64,000 nucleotides of DNA. Origin: Octopus vulgaris (lineage: Eukaryota). Each line of letters starts with the position of its first letter. Within the stretch, counting starts at the first letter, position 1. Below, piece by piece: positions 40,771-53,100 of this stretch. The stretch spans positions 96,844,001 through 96,908,000 of the forward strand of contig OX597818.1 in the NCBI GenBank assembly GCA_951406725.2. Reading direction: 5' to 3'. The notes beneath the pieces were generated by a model, which saw nothing but the letters and a program-made list of their open reading frames with translations, was not told where the DNA came from and did not search any database. Position numbers and translations under genes: made by a program.

Positions 40771-41326
40771 TATATTCATTTATATCTACAGAACAAACAT
40801 AAAGCCCGACGTTTGGAAATATATAATAATATATAAATATATAAACATCATATAAAAATATATTGTACGCATAAGATCCACTCGACGTTCCATAAGAAAT
40901 TTAAAAATAAAAATTGCAATAAAAGTTAGAGGTAATAATAACAATTGAATTAAATATAGTAAATATAGTAAGTAGTAATTAAATATATTTTATTTTATTA
41001 AAATGGTAATTAAATCGTAATATAACAATTAAAAGAAAAAATAGCAATTAGTATAAAATGTATCAAGGACTTGAACTCGAATATGTGGCTTTGCATGAAT
41101 GGGAGAAATTAAAAGATGAAAAATTTAATTGAGTGCAGAAGTGAATTAGTCCAGATGGAGCTGTGCGCATACCATTTACTATAGCTGCTAGATTGAATTA
41201 TATGCTTATAAAGTAGCATTCAGTATCTATGAGAATTTTTGGGAGTATGTAATGTCTGGTCTTTCGCATGTAGCAGGTATGTAATTGTGCATTTGTTTCC
41301 GTGTACGATGTGTTGTGTGTAAAAAA

Positions 41327-41397
41327 CATCCTGACGAGGGGAGTGTCAATTTTAAATATATGATATGTTGGTGCATCTCCGAAACGGCCCGTAGATG
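41327..41397 (+). ncRNA. minimal type I hammerhead ribozyme (Penelope-like-element type)
   Basis: CATC-CTGACGA-GGGGA..TCTCC-GAAA-C-ggccc-G-TA-GATG: intact core, GUA triplet, very short stem III with a near-palindromic loop. Confidence 0.65.
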
Positions 41398-42489
41398 AAC
41401 TTTTATGTATTTTTGTAAATTTATATATTTATCTTCTATGTATTTCTCTCTGGAATTTTAATTCTTCTTTTTAATATGTCAATGTATGTTTTATTACCAC
41501 AAATTTTTTATTTAACAAATTTATACCAAACTAGCACTATGACGCGACATTGGGGCGACTGTACACAGCTACCGGCCCACAGTCGATGCTATGGCATTGG
41601 TGTCACTATTAAACACGGGTCGGGTCGGGTTGGGTTGGGAGAATTTCAATTATATATAGAGAACTATAGCGCGAAGGCGGCATAAAAAAAACAACCTTCC
41701 CTCAGTTGTTGGCAGTTTTACCTACTCCGCATTGCGAGCATTGCAACAAGATGCGTCTTCGTCAAAGCAATTGTTCCCCCAAAGTAAATTAAATAAAATA
41801 ACAGAAACAGGACACTGAAAAAATTCGGTAAGGGCTGTTTAACCCTAACGAGGTGAAGTGGTGAACGCTGGAGAAAAAAAGCTTTGTTAAGAGACAGAAA
41901 AGAATGCGTCTTATAGTTATAAGCTGAACGAGAAGAAAAAGAATTACATCTAGAAATAGAGATCTATAATTATTGAGGACAGAATTTCAGTTACAAATAG
42001 AGAACTATAAATATTGAATTATGCATAAAGTGGTGGCTTACATTCGGAGCTTCCAATTTCTCTGTAAAATATAAGGTAATCACAAAATCATCGCACATGT
42101 CACCATCGATTACAAACACTGGTGGAAGATAAAAGTTCCAGAGAACATTCTTGTTCTTTCGTTCGTACAAGGATCGTATTATGTTTCGGCTTAAAATAAA
42201 TTATAGATACAAATATAATGTATAGAAATATATAAAAACCAGAATAGAAAATAAACGTCTTAGGCATATAAAATGAGATAACATGAGATATCATGGTGTT
42301 ATAAACTTGAAACATACTAGAATATCATAGATTATATATATCAAGTCATTCAATCAGTTCCGTCCAATTTTACCTTTTTTTAGATTTGAATGAAATTTAA
42401 TAGTATTTTCAAATGTCTAATTCAATTAAAAATTATTTTTATGCATTTGTGTACGTTTAAACTAATTAAATATTGTTTTACAAAATAAT

Positions 42490-43470
42490 AGACGGTGTCC
42501 ACAAAGTCTGCGTACATGGGGATTAACACATACTTTTAAAGCAAAACAATTTTATTTAATTATAATGTTAATAAATAATATTTTCAAAGTGATTTCCATC
42601 ATTTTCAATGCATAACTTGATGCGCCTTGCAAAATTCAGGTGAACTTGATTAAATAAGTCTACATTGCCATCAATTTCAGCACACTGACTGGTAATGCGT
42701 TCTCTCGTGTGTTTTAAATCTAATCTTTTTTGAGTAAACTTTCTCTTTCAACATACCTCAGAAAAAGAAATCAAGGGGAGAAAGGTCTGGTGAACGAGGG
42801 TACCATTCCATATGCCCCCTTCTTCCAATCCAACGAGGAAAAGTGTCATTAAGCCAATATCTAACAGTTATGGCAAAATGTGTAGGGGCCCCATCCTGCT
42901 GAAACCCATTCGGAAGGCCCTCGCCTAGGCGCTCAATTTAAGATATTAATTTGTCTCTCAATATGTTTACATAAGTCTTATCCGTTATATGTTCAATGAA
43001 GAAGGGTCCTAAAACATGAGCTTTCCACAAACCACACCACACCATCACCTTTTTGCTGCCTTACTGTTTGGATGGATCCATCCAATGTAGATTACCTCGA
43101 GACCAGTATAGAAGATTCTGTCTGTTGACCTCACCATTTACATAAAACGTAGATTTGTCACTGAACAACACAAAGTTTTTCGTAAAATTGATACTTTCAT
43201 CCAATTTATCTGAAAACTATTCGCACGTCTACATTCGTCTATCAGGGTTGTCTTCATTTAAGTGATGCAATATCTGTAGGTTGTATCGATGAAACTTTTC
43301 CTCAACCAGCATTTTGTGGATGGTTGGTTTTGGAACACCGAACACCGTAGATGTCCGACGAAGTGATTTCTTTGGGCTAGCAGAAATTTTAGCCATGACA
43401 GCCTCTTTCGTTTCATCTGCGTGGAAGTTATACTCGGAGATTGGTCAATATAAAGATCGGCAAGAAATAG
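42490..43470 (-). mobile_element. decayed Tc1/mariner-superfamily transposon, DD41D-like
   Basis: Minus strand gives FSDKSTF, VMVWCGLW and FQQDGAPTHFAITVRYWLNDTFPRWIGRRGHMEWYPRSPDLSPLDFFF*G (40 residues between the 2nd and 3rd D here). Confidence 0.8.
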
Positions 43471-43510
43471 AACTTTTATCATCAGTCTTTAATTTATTTT
43501 CGCCAGTGGG

Positions 43511-43547
<37 letters not shown>

Positions 43548-43773
43548 GTATATGATACGGGAATTTTAATGGAGATAACCTGCAGTATATCGTACATTTT
43601 TTGTCTCCGTATATGAGCTAAGTATTAATAAAATGTGGTATACTATAAAAATTTCGGATATATGTGTCTTAAAACATTCAGACAAGAAAATTCAGATGTA
43701 GCACATGAGGTATTATTCCTTACGAATATCCACATATCTATATTAAAAGTTTCACGATAAAAATATAGAAATA

Positions 43774-44323
43774 TTGGGCTGTCCGGAAAGTTCGTGCCGA
43801 TTTATAGTAGCTTATATTTCGACTTATTTTAGAACATGTTTGAGTCCATAAAATAGGATTTCACTACACCTCCATTTAGAGCACAGTTTAAGCTATCTTT
43901 TCGTGGAAGAAGGTTTATGTTCCTATAACCTGTGTTAATTCTGTAACCCTTTAAAATAAAAGATGAGAAAGTTCATTTTCGGCACTTGATGCTTTGGGAA
44001 CCAGACAAAAATTGCTGCAGCTCGGCTGGGACGTGTTACCAAAGATATTGTTCCTTCGGATTTCCACTTATTCAGGTCTCTGAAGAATAGTCTTAATGGT
44101 GAACATTTCAATTCCTAAGATGACGTAAAAAGATACCTTGATGAATTCTTTGCCTTGAAATCACTCCAATTCTGGGAAGAGGGTATTTTTAAGGTAAAGG
44201 AAAGATGGAGACGTATAGTGAAATGAAATGTTTCAGATTTGGTTCATTAAAAATGTAATGGCAAGTATTTAGTGACCTTTTACTTTCCTTTAAAAATTGG
44301 AACGAACTTTCCGGACAACCCAA
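43774..44323 (+). mobile_element. internally deleted mariner element
   Basis: TIRs TTGGGCTGTCCGGAAAGTTCGT / ACGAACTTTCCGGACAACCCAA with TA on both sides; remnant PSDFHLFRSLKNSLNGEHFNS*DDVKRYLDEFF. Confidence 0.88.
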
Positions 44324-44404
44324 TATAAACATAACAATGAAATACGAATATAAACATGAGAAATAAAAACCTAAATTGTAAGAGGCGATTAAAATTTTTT
44401 TCCT

Positions 44405-44472
44405 AACCTGCAGCCATTTCAGAAAAGTGGTTGTACGAAGTATTCGAAATTCAGCCCTCCTTCCTCAGGGTT
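44405..44472 (-). ncRNA. degenerate hammerhead-like motif in the repeat hosting the retroelement array
   Basis: AACC-CTGAGGA-AGGAGG..TTTTCT-GAAA-T-ggct-G-CA-GGTT. Stems I and II pair, but the cleavage triplet is GCA rather than NUH. Confidence 0.4.
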
Positions 44473-44529
44473 CCTTTCTCGAGCTAAAATCGAGCAAAAG
44501 GCATTAAGGTACTACATGGTGAGTATTCA

Positions 44530-46404
44530 TGATTTTTTTATTACCCACAAGGGGCCAACAAAGAAGGGACAATACAAATCGGGGAACTTAAAAATAACAA
44601 AAGTGGATGAAAATAAGACGAAGAAAAATTTAAAAAATAATGAGTTATGAAAAGATACTACAATGCGGTGCAATGTCCACTCGATCCCCGAAATCGAGTG
44701 GTTACATTTTTGTCAGTCTCTCCCATTTTGATTTTTTTCAAAATATTATTACAAAATTCACAAAGTTTACCACACAAAAATTTCATAGAGTTTCAAAATA
44801 CCTTTTGCTAATAGAATTTTCTTTTTTTTTTCTTCTTTTCCACAATTTTAAGTGTATTCTATTTCGTGCACCAGTGTGTCGTCCACGCGAGATGGACGCT
44901 CTTTCAATCGACACTTCGATTGATCCACCACGTACTTCCCGGCGGCCTCCATGAATTCATGGTAACTGTCCTCGTGGACTAGAGCACCCGCCTCAAACTT
45001 GGTTCCCACTTTAACCCATGATACTTTTCTTGTTTTCCTTATTATTTCGTTCATTTCAGGGCAGTCCCTGTATATTACTAATGTTCCATAAAATTGGTGT
45101 CCCCATTTCGAAACTGTGGTTTCTGTTGAGTGTTCCCTTGTCTTCCTTTTAGGGCTGATTACTTCTTTATTCTCTTCCCTTGGTTTCTCCCTTTCTCTCT
45201 TCTTTCTTTCCATATTTTCTTTTTCTTTCGGTATATTGTTTTTTCCTTTCTCCTGTCTCTGTTCTTTCTTGAGCTCATTTTCTGCTGTTTCTCTACTTTG
45301 TTTCTTTTGTTCTTTTCCTGATGTTTCTTTTTCCTTGTTTTCTTTTTCTTTCATTGTACTGCATTTTCTTTTCTCTTGTCGCTTTTCTTTCTTTTGTTCC
45401 TTTTCTGTTGTTTCTTTTTCCTTGTTTTCTTTCTCTTTCAGTGCATTGTTTTTTTTCCATTCTCCTGTTCTTTTTTTTCCTCTCTCTGTTCTTCTTCTGT
45501 AGTTTCTCCGCTCTGTGTCTTATTTTGTTCCTTTTCTGTTGTTTCTTTCTCCACTGTAAATTCATATAATGGGCATTCTGCCCTTATATGACCTCTTGTT
45601 CCACATAAGTAACAATTCGGCCTTCTTCCCTCTACAATTACGCCAATTGTCCTTCCATTTTCTACCTCTATCTGAAAGGGAATTCGCTCGATATTTTCTA
45701 TTGTGGGCATCAACCACAACTCCACACCGAATCCCTTCCAGTTCACGACATTGGTTTCTGTGATCGACCCAAGTTCTATTTCATCTTCAGCCGACCCTAG
45801 AATGGCTGTCACCAGTCATTCTGTCTTTATCTCCGGCGGTACGTTTGAGATCTTAACCCTTACTCCTCGTCTACCTTTGTATGTAGGTAGCATTATAAAA
45901 TTTTCCGCTCTGAGTACAGTGGAAGAAGGCGAGGCTGCCTCTTCACTTGTTGCACACCTCACTTCCACCGTACCATATTTCTTCCCTCTGCTTACATACG
46001 TCGCTTTGTCCATTATGTCACCAAGACACTTTTCTATATCTTCTATCGATATTCGCATTAGTTTCCTTGAGTTCTTGTCCTGTGTCCTGTATATTATCAT
46101 TTTGTTGTCTCTCTCCTCCGTTGTTTCTGCTGGAGGGATCAGCTTGACGCTTTCACCCTCCCTTTTTACATATTTCTCATACTCCTTCATTTCTTCCCTC
46201 TTGAAAGTTGCGTCTCTTATCACAAGCGATGATCCACTCTTCGTTGCGGCAACCCCCGTATATGTCTCCATGACTGAGGGTCGACGTTCCTACTATGAAA
46301 AGTAACGACAAGCAGCGGCAAGCGCCTCGCGCGATTCGATCCTGTTTCGTCTCTCTCTACAATTTTTCACTCTTCTTCACACAAAAATAACATCCGACTG
46401 CGGC
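44530..46404 (-). mobile_element. array element 1: ORF1-only non-LTR element (type X) with perfect 19-bp TSD
   Basis: Gag-like ORF1 46271->44848 (one stop, frameshift) with CYLCGTRGHIRAEC knuckle; no EN or RT. TSD ACTACATGGTGAGTATTCA at 44511-44529 and 46405-46423. Confidence 0.85.
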
Positions 46405-46451
46405 ACTACATGGTGAGTATTCAGTTGGTGAAAGTTCAGTTGTTGAGTATC

Positions 46452-48172
46452 GATGATGATTTTTTATTACCCACAAGGGGCCAACAAAGAAGGGACAATA
46501 CAAATCGGGGAACTTAAAAATAACAAAAGTGGATGAAAATAAGACGAAGACAAATTAAAAAATAATGAATTATGAAAAGATATTACAATGAGGTGCAATG
46601 TCCACTCGATCCCCGAAATCGAGTGGTTACATTTTTGTCAGTCTCTCCCATATTGATTTTTTCAAAAATTTTACACAATTCACAAAGTTTATCGCACAAA
46701 AATTTCATAGAGTTTCAAAATACCTTTTGCTAACAGAATTTTCGGGGGTTTTTTCCTTCTTTTCCACAAATTTAAGTGTATTCTATCTCGTGCACCAGTG
46801 TGTCGTATCTCTCCATGCGAGATGGACGCACTTTCAATCGACACTTCCATTGATCCACCACGTACTTCCCGGTGACCTCCATGTGTTAGCTGGAAGGGGT
46901 TGGGGAATTTTTTGCTGTTGTTCATGTGTGCTTGTAGTTTTTCTTTTTGTTTGGGGAGGGGAGTCCGGGGTGCTTTCTTTTTTACGCTTGTACGTTACCG
47001 TTACGTATTCCACCTGTTCGTCTTCCTTTTGTTTTTTCTCGTCTTCTTTTTCTGTTCTTCATTCTTTCTTCCGCTTTCTTTTTTCTCCTCCTTCTGTTTT
47101 CCAATTTGTTTTTTCTTTCCGTCTTCATCGCTCTCCTGCCTCACAGCAGTTTTTTTTGGGGGGAGGGGGGGACTTCAACTGCTGTTGTTTTTTTTTGGTA
47201 CAAGTAGAGCAAACGTGGCCCTTCTGCCCACACTTAAAGCATCTGGGCCTACGTCCCTCTACCGACTCACGAATTGTGTGTCCCTCCCCTACGTCGATCC
47301 TGTCGGGCAAACTTTCAAGGGTTTGGTTGTCCCCTTGAACAACCATCTCCAAACTCTGACCCTTCCAGTTCGTCTCCTCTTTCATCCTCATGCTTAGTAT
47401 TAATACCTTAGCTTCCACGTCGTACACGACTGCTGTTGCTGCCCACATCACATCATAACCGGCCGGTATGTCCTCAACTGTGATTTTAGCGGTTCGCCGC
47501 CCTAAATAAGTCGGTAACAACATAATTTCCTCATTTTTGAGAGTCCTCGTGGATATCTCCTTTGCTACGTTAGCCGACCCGAATTGTGCTTCAACTGTAG
47601 CACTTCGCACACCTCGGCTAACGTAGCGTACTCTGTTCCAGATGGGAGCCATGCATCGCTCCACCACTTCGTTCTTCACCTCTGCAATTCTCTTCTCCTT
47701 GATGTTGAATACCTTGTATACGACAGTTTTCTCTCGTATAGCCTGGACAGTTTCCTGGGGAGGTACCAGCTTAGTCTCTTCGCCATTTTTTACAATGTAT
47801 TGTCTGAACTGGAAGAGCTTGTCCATTGCTACTTCCAGTTCGATAACTTTGCCACCTACTGCAGCTGAAAAGCTTGGTTTGTCCTTGTTGACCGTTTCGT
47901 TTCCGATATTTTTAATTGTTCCCATCTCGGGAAAATCCTTTTTTGACGCAAGGTCACACTCCATCGTATCCAAAAAATAAATAACCTTGTCGCAACTGAC
48001 AAGAAATAATTATAAATGCAGGAATTTTCTGCCCCATAGGGCGAAAATTACTGTATGTCGTGAGACAACAGTTCAAAAACAAATACACAGTAAACACAAA
48101 CTGGGACGAACTCACAATAACAAATAAGCAGCAACGAGGTACACGCGCAGTCGAGAATAAAGCAACCGGAGC
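46452..48172 (-). mobile_element. array element 2: ORF1-only element (type Y ORF1, type X 3' end)
   Basis: ORF 47973->47125 with LLPTYLGRR and EGRRPRCFKCGQKGHVCSTC; 46452-46883 closely matches 44530-44953. Confidence 0.8.
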
Positions 48173-48187
48173 CTAAGGGTATCGATG

Positions 48188-50176
48188 AATAAGTGAATTT
48201 TTTATTACCCACAAGGGGCCAACAAAGATGGGACAATACAATCGGGAAAAATAAAAAAAGACGAAGACAAATTTTAAAAATAATGAATTATGAAAGGATG
48301 TACAAATGCGGTGTCATGCCCACTCGATCCCCGAAATCGGGTGGTTACATTTCGTCAGTTCTGTTCACAGGGTTTCAAAATACATTTTACCAAAAATACA
48401 TTTCACAAAATTTCAAAATACATTTTCATAAAAAACATTTTACAGAATTTTAAAATACTGTTCACCAAATTTCAAAATACATTTCACAAAGTTTTCAAAA
48501 TACATTTTCAAAAAACATTTTACAGAATTTCAAAGTACATTTCAAAACTACATTTCGTTTAACAAGGTTTTTCTTTTCTAATTCTTTTTTTCCCATAATT
48601 TTAGATAAATTCCATTACCTCTACCGGATCATGGTAATACTCCATTGTACGTGGAAATTTTACCAGTCGGCACCTCGCGTGATTTACCACGTTCTTACCG
48701 GAGGTCTCGACGAACGCATCGGCGCTGTCTTCATGGATTAGTGCACCCGTTTCCTCCCACTTAGTACCCATCTTAACCCATGAATATCCTTCTGTTCTGT
48801 CTATTAATTCCTCCATTTCCTCACTACACTTGTGTTGGACCAATGTTCCATAGAATTTATACCACCTATTCAATCCTGTGTTTTCTCTTGTCTTCCTTTT
48901 AGAACTTATTTCTTCTTTACTCTCCTCTCTTGGTTTCTCTCTTTCTCTCTTTTTGCTTTCCTTTTTTTCTTTTTCTTTCTCTTGTCTTTTTAGTTCTTTG
49001 TCTGTCGTCTCTCTACCTTGTGCCTTATGTTCTTTTCCTGTTTTTTCTCTTTCCTTCAGTGTACTATCCTTTCCTTTCTCTTGGCTCTGTTTTGGTTCTT
49101 TTTCTATTGCTTCTCTACCCTGTGAATTTTGTTCTTTTTCTGTTAAATTTTTCCCTTTGTTTTCATTCTCCTTCAGTGTACTGTCATTTCCTTTCTCTTG
49201 TCGTTTTACCGTTATTTCTTTTTCCTTGTTTTCTTTCTCCTTTAGTGCACTGTTTTTTCCTTCGTGTTCTTTTTTCTTCTCTTTTTTGTTTTCTTCTGTT
49301 GTCTCTCCACTCTGTGTCTTATTTCGTTCCATTTCTTTCTCCACTGTGAATTCGTATAGTGGACACTCTGTTCTTATATGCCTTCTTGTTCCGCATAAGT
49401 AGCAGTTTGGCTTTCTTCCCTCTACAATTACGCCAATTGTTTTTTTCATTTTCTACTTCTATCTGAAAGGGAATTCGTTCTATATCTTCTATTGTGGCCA
49501 TCAGCCACAACTCCACACCGAATCCCTCCCAGTTTACGACGTTGGTCTCTGTGATCGACCCTACTTCCATTTCCTCTTTAGCCGACCCTAGAATGGCTGT
49601 CACCAGCCATTCCGTCTTTACTTCCGGCGGCACGTTTGGGATTTTAACCCGTACTCCTATTTTTCCTTTGTATGTAGGCCACATAATAAAATTCTCTGCT
49701 CTGAGTACAGTGGAAGATAGCGAGGCCGCCTCTTCTCTTGTTGCGCACCTCACTTCCATCGTACCATATTTCTTCCCTCTGCTCACATATGTTGCTTTGT
49801 TCATTATTTCACCGAGACACTTTTCTATCTCTTCTATCGCTATTCTCATTAGCTTCCTCGTGTTCTTGTCTTGTGTCCTGTAAATTATTGTCTCTCTCCT
49901 CCATTGTTTCAGCAGGAGGGATCAGCTTAACGCTTTCACCCTCCCTTTTAACGTATTTCTCATATTCCTTTAATTGTTCTTTCTTGAATGTTACTTCTCT
50001 TATTACAAGCGACGCATCACTCTTCGTTGCGGCAACACCCGCGTAAGTCTCCATGACTGAAGGTCGACGCTCCTTCTATAAAAGTACTTACACGCAGCGA
50101 CAAGCGCCTCGCGCGATTCTGTCCTGCTTCGTCTCCTTCTACAATTTTCCTCTTTCACACAATAATAACGTCTGAC
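48188..50176 (-). mobile_element. array element 3: ORF1-only element (type X)
   Basis: ORF1 50054->48601 in three frameshifted pieces, homologous to element 1 along its length (METYAGVAATK.., CYLCGTRRHIRTEC); 3' UTR contains TTTCAAAATACATT tandem repeats. Confidence 0.85.
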
Positions 50177-50193
50177 TCTAAAGAGTATCGATG

Positions 50194-53100
50194 TATTTCT
50201 TTATTACCTATAAAAGGCTACATAGTGGGGGACAGAACAATCACTAATGATTTTACAATTATGATGCATTTTGGGATCGATAAAAATTTGGATGATAGTT
50301 ATACGGTTTCGAATGATAGTACATATACATTGGACAATTTTTACAAATGGAGTGGGGCAGGTCTACGGATCCCACGAACCCCGCCACGACACTTGGTCTT
50401 ACGTTTTTTTTTTCGTTTTTTTTCTCCGTCCTATCTCGTATTTATGAGGGACCTTTTACTCACGACATTTTTCCTTTCATTGAACACTTTCTTACTCAGG
50501 CTCCTCCTCTCTAGTTCTATTTGTCTTTTCATGTGGAATTTAAAAAAGACCACCAGACTAGAACCAGAGATGAAGTCGCCTGTTATCATCCCTATCATCC
50601 TTGTCTTCCATACTACTTGTTTCGCAGTTGAAACTACAGAAAGAAAACAATTCTTACCTTCTTTCGTTAAGAAATCCGGTGGTCTGATTTTTACAATTGA
50701 TTCAGCTGACAGCTGTACTCCTCCTCCATCTGACAACAGCTGTTCGGCAAAAACCCACATATCTGCCACCTCCGAACACTGTACGATCGCGTGCGAGACG
50801 GTTTCCTTGTCTCGCCCACACCTGGGACAGGTCGGGCTGACTTGGTATCCATGCCTTGCGAGTTTGTCCCGAACAGGTAAGGCACCTCGGTAACACTGCC
50901 AAGCCAAGGACTTCTGAAAATTATCCAGGGTCCCCGGCCCAAATGTACGTTGGAACAGACTGGCCAGCTGATTATCGTCGAAACCTAGGGTCTCCCCTAG
51001 CGTATCATGGCAACCGGCCTCTACAAACCCTCTATAGAAAATAGCGGTAGAACCACTGCCGCAGGCATTGCCCGAGCGGCGGAATAGGCGGAGTGCCTTG
51101 CGACACTCCGTATACCATGAACCCAACTTCGATCTACGATTATACCAGTCTTCCCGTCCACCGAAACTGGTGAACCTGGGGAACATCTGTTTCGCCAGCG
51201 GAGACCACACCCGTTCACCATCCAGATGGATCCACAGGTGCCTTAGCCTCAGCGCATTTCTGCGCATCATTAGCCACGGCATCCCTAGTCCACCCTTTAA
51301 CGGTTTTTGACAACAAATAGAGCGTCTCACAAGTGGATTCGAGCCCTTCCACAAGAAGAGGAAGAGCTGTCTTTCCAACCTGGTCAACCATGAATCCGGG
51401 CGAGGCACGACGGCAAGGCGGTGGGTGATCACCGATGCGATAAACACATTGGCTACCTCCGTCCTACCTTTCAGGGATAACCACCGCCAAGACCAGGTCT
51501 TGACTACTGCGGCCACCCTGCTCGATACTTCGCTCCAGTTCTTCTCTATTTGGAGGTCTGGTCCAAACCAAACCCCGAGCAACTTAATCGGACCCTCCGT
51601 CAAACGTCCCAACTTTTGCTCCTGTCACCGTCTCGTAAACCTCTATGGCCTTGCCTACTTTACGTAGGAGGTCCACTTCGGTCATGATGATAGTAATGTC
51701 ATCCGCGTACGCCGAAACCGACATTCCACGACCTGGCTGCCTCGGGATGCCGCTCAGTTTTCGCAGCAGCGGCTCAAGAGCCACTACATACATAAGCGGG
51801 GAGAGCGGACATCCCTGACGAACCGAGCATTTGACCTTGAACGGCTTAGAAAGAAAGCTGTTCACCCGAACTACCGAGTCGGTGTTGTCGTACATTTCGA
51901 TGATCCACCTGAGGAAGCCAAGACCCAGGCTGAACTGAGCCAGAACGGACACCAGGTAGTGATGGTCGACCCTATCGAAAGCTTTTGATTGGTCTAAATG
52001 GACCACTGCCCCTCCCTTGCGGGGATCGTTATTAATTCCCTCTATAGTGTATCTAATGAGATGGAGATTATCCTGAATGGACCTGCCCGGTACGGCACAC
52101 GTTTGTGCTTTCCCAATCAGTCCACTCGCGACACGCGCCAATCTGTTCGATAACACTTGGGCCAAAATCTTCAGCTCTGCGTTAAGCAGAGTGATGGGCC
52201 TAAAATTATCAATGACATCCCCCTTACTCGGGTCCTTCCTGACTAGTGTCACCACTCCCCGACGCACAGATCTGGGAATAAACCCATTCTGTTGCCAGTT
52301 CGCGTAGACGTTCGCCAGTAAGTCCCCGAACAAGTCCGGCATACTCTTGTAAAGCTCGTAGAGTAGACCATCCAGTCCCGGTGCCTTACCTGCACCGCAG
52401 TCAGCCATGGCCTCTATCACTTCAAAACCAGCCTCTTGACCTTCACCTGGGCCTCAGTGCCAGTTCGTATTGCTTCCTCTAAGTCCTTGACTAGTGTTGA
52501 TTCCTTTCTAGCCTCTCTAGCTACAAGATCTATACTATACCTAATAGACTCGTATCGGATGGCTCGCTTGAGGGCATACCACCATTTGTTGTTAATAATG
52601 GATCCGGTCATGGCCCTCTGAATAATTAACCTAATCCTGTCACTGTACTCCTTAATCGCCAAGAGGGACGTATTAAGTTTCCAGTAACCAGAACCTCTAT
52701 TTGTCTTATCTATGTCTAGCCTACAGGTGACTATCTTGTGGTCACTGTAGCTGACCATGAGGAGCTGTGGACTCTTAGCTAGGTTTCTATCTACCTTTCT
52801 AATTAATATCCTGTCTAAGTATGACTTGGAAGATCCGCCGTCTCTTGACCATGTCCACAATGGCACGTTCGGATGTTCCAGCCTATATGGATCTACCAGC
52901 TCAAAACGTCTTAGTAGATCCAGGAAGCAAGCATTTCCTTTCCTATCTGTACGCGAGCCTTCACAGTCTACCCGCGCATCGCATACTGTGTTGAAGTCTC
53001 CTAACATTACTAAAGGATGCGTTGTACTCGGAAAATTACCGAGGTTCCGAAAATAATCACTTTGCCCTTTGTTTTCGTTGGGTGCGTAAATCGCACCCAG

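Noticed and set aside
44400-44530. Target ATACTCACCATG resembling the 5' end of U1 (ATACTTACCTG) or U5 (ATACTCTGG) snRNA
   Set aside because: The downstream sequence does not continue as U1, U2 or U5, so an snRNA-gene target is not supported.
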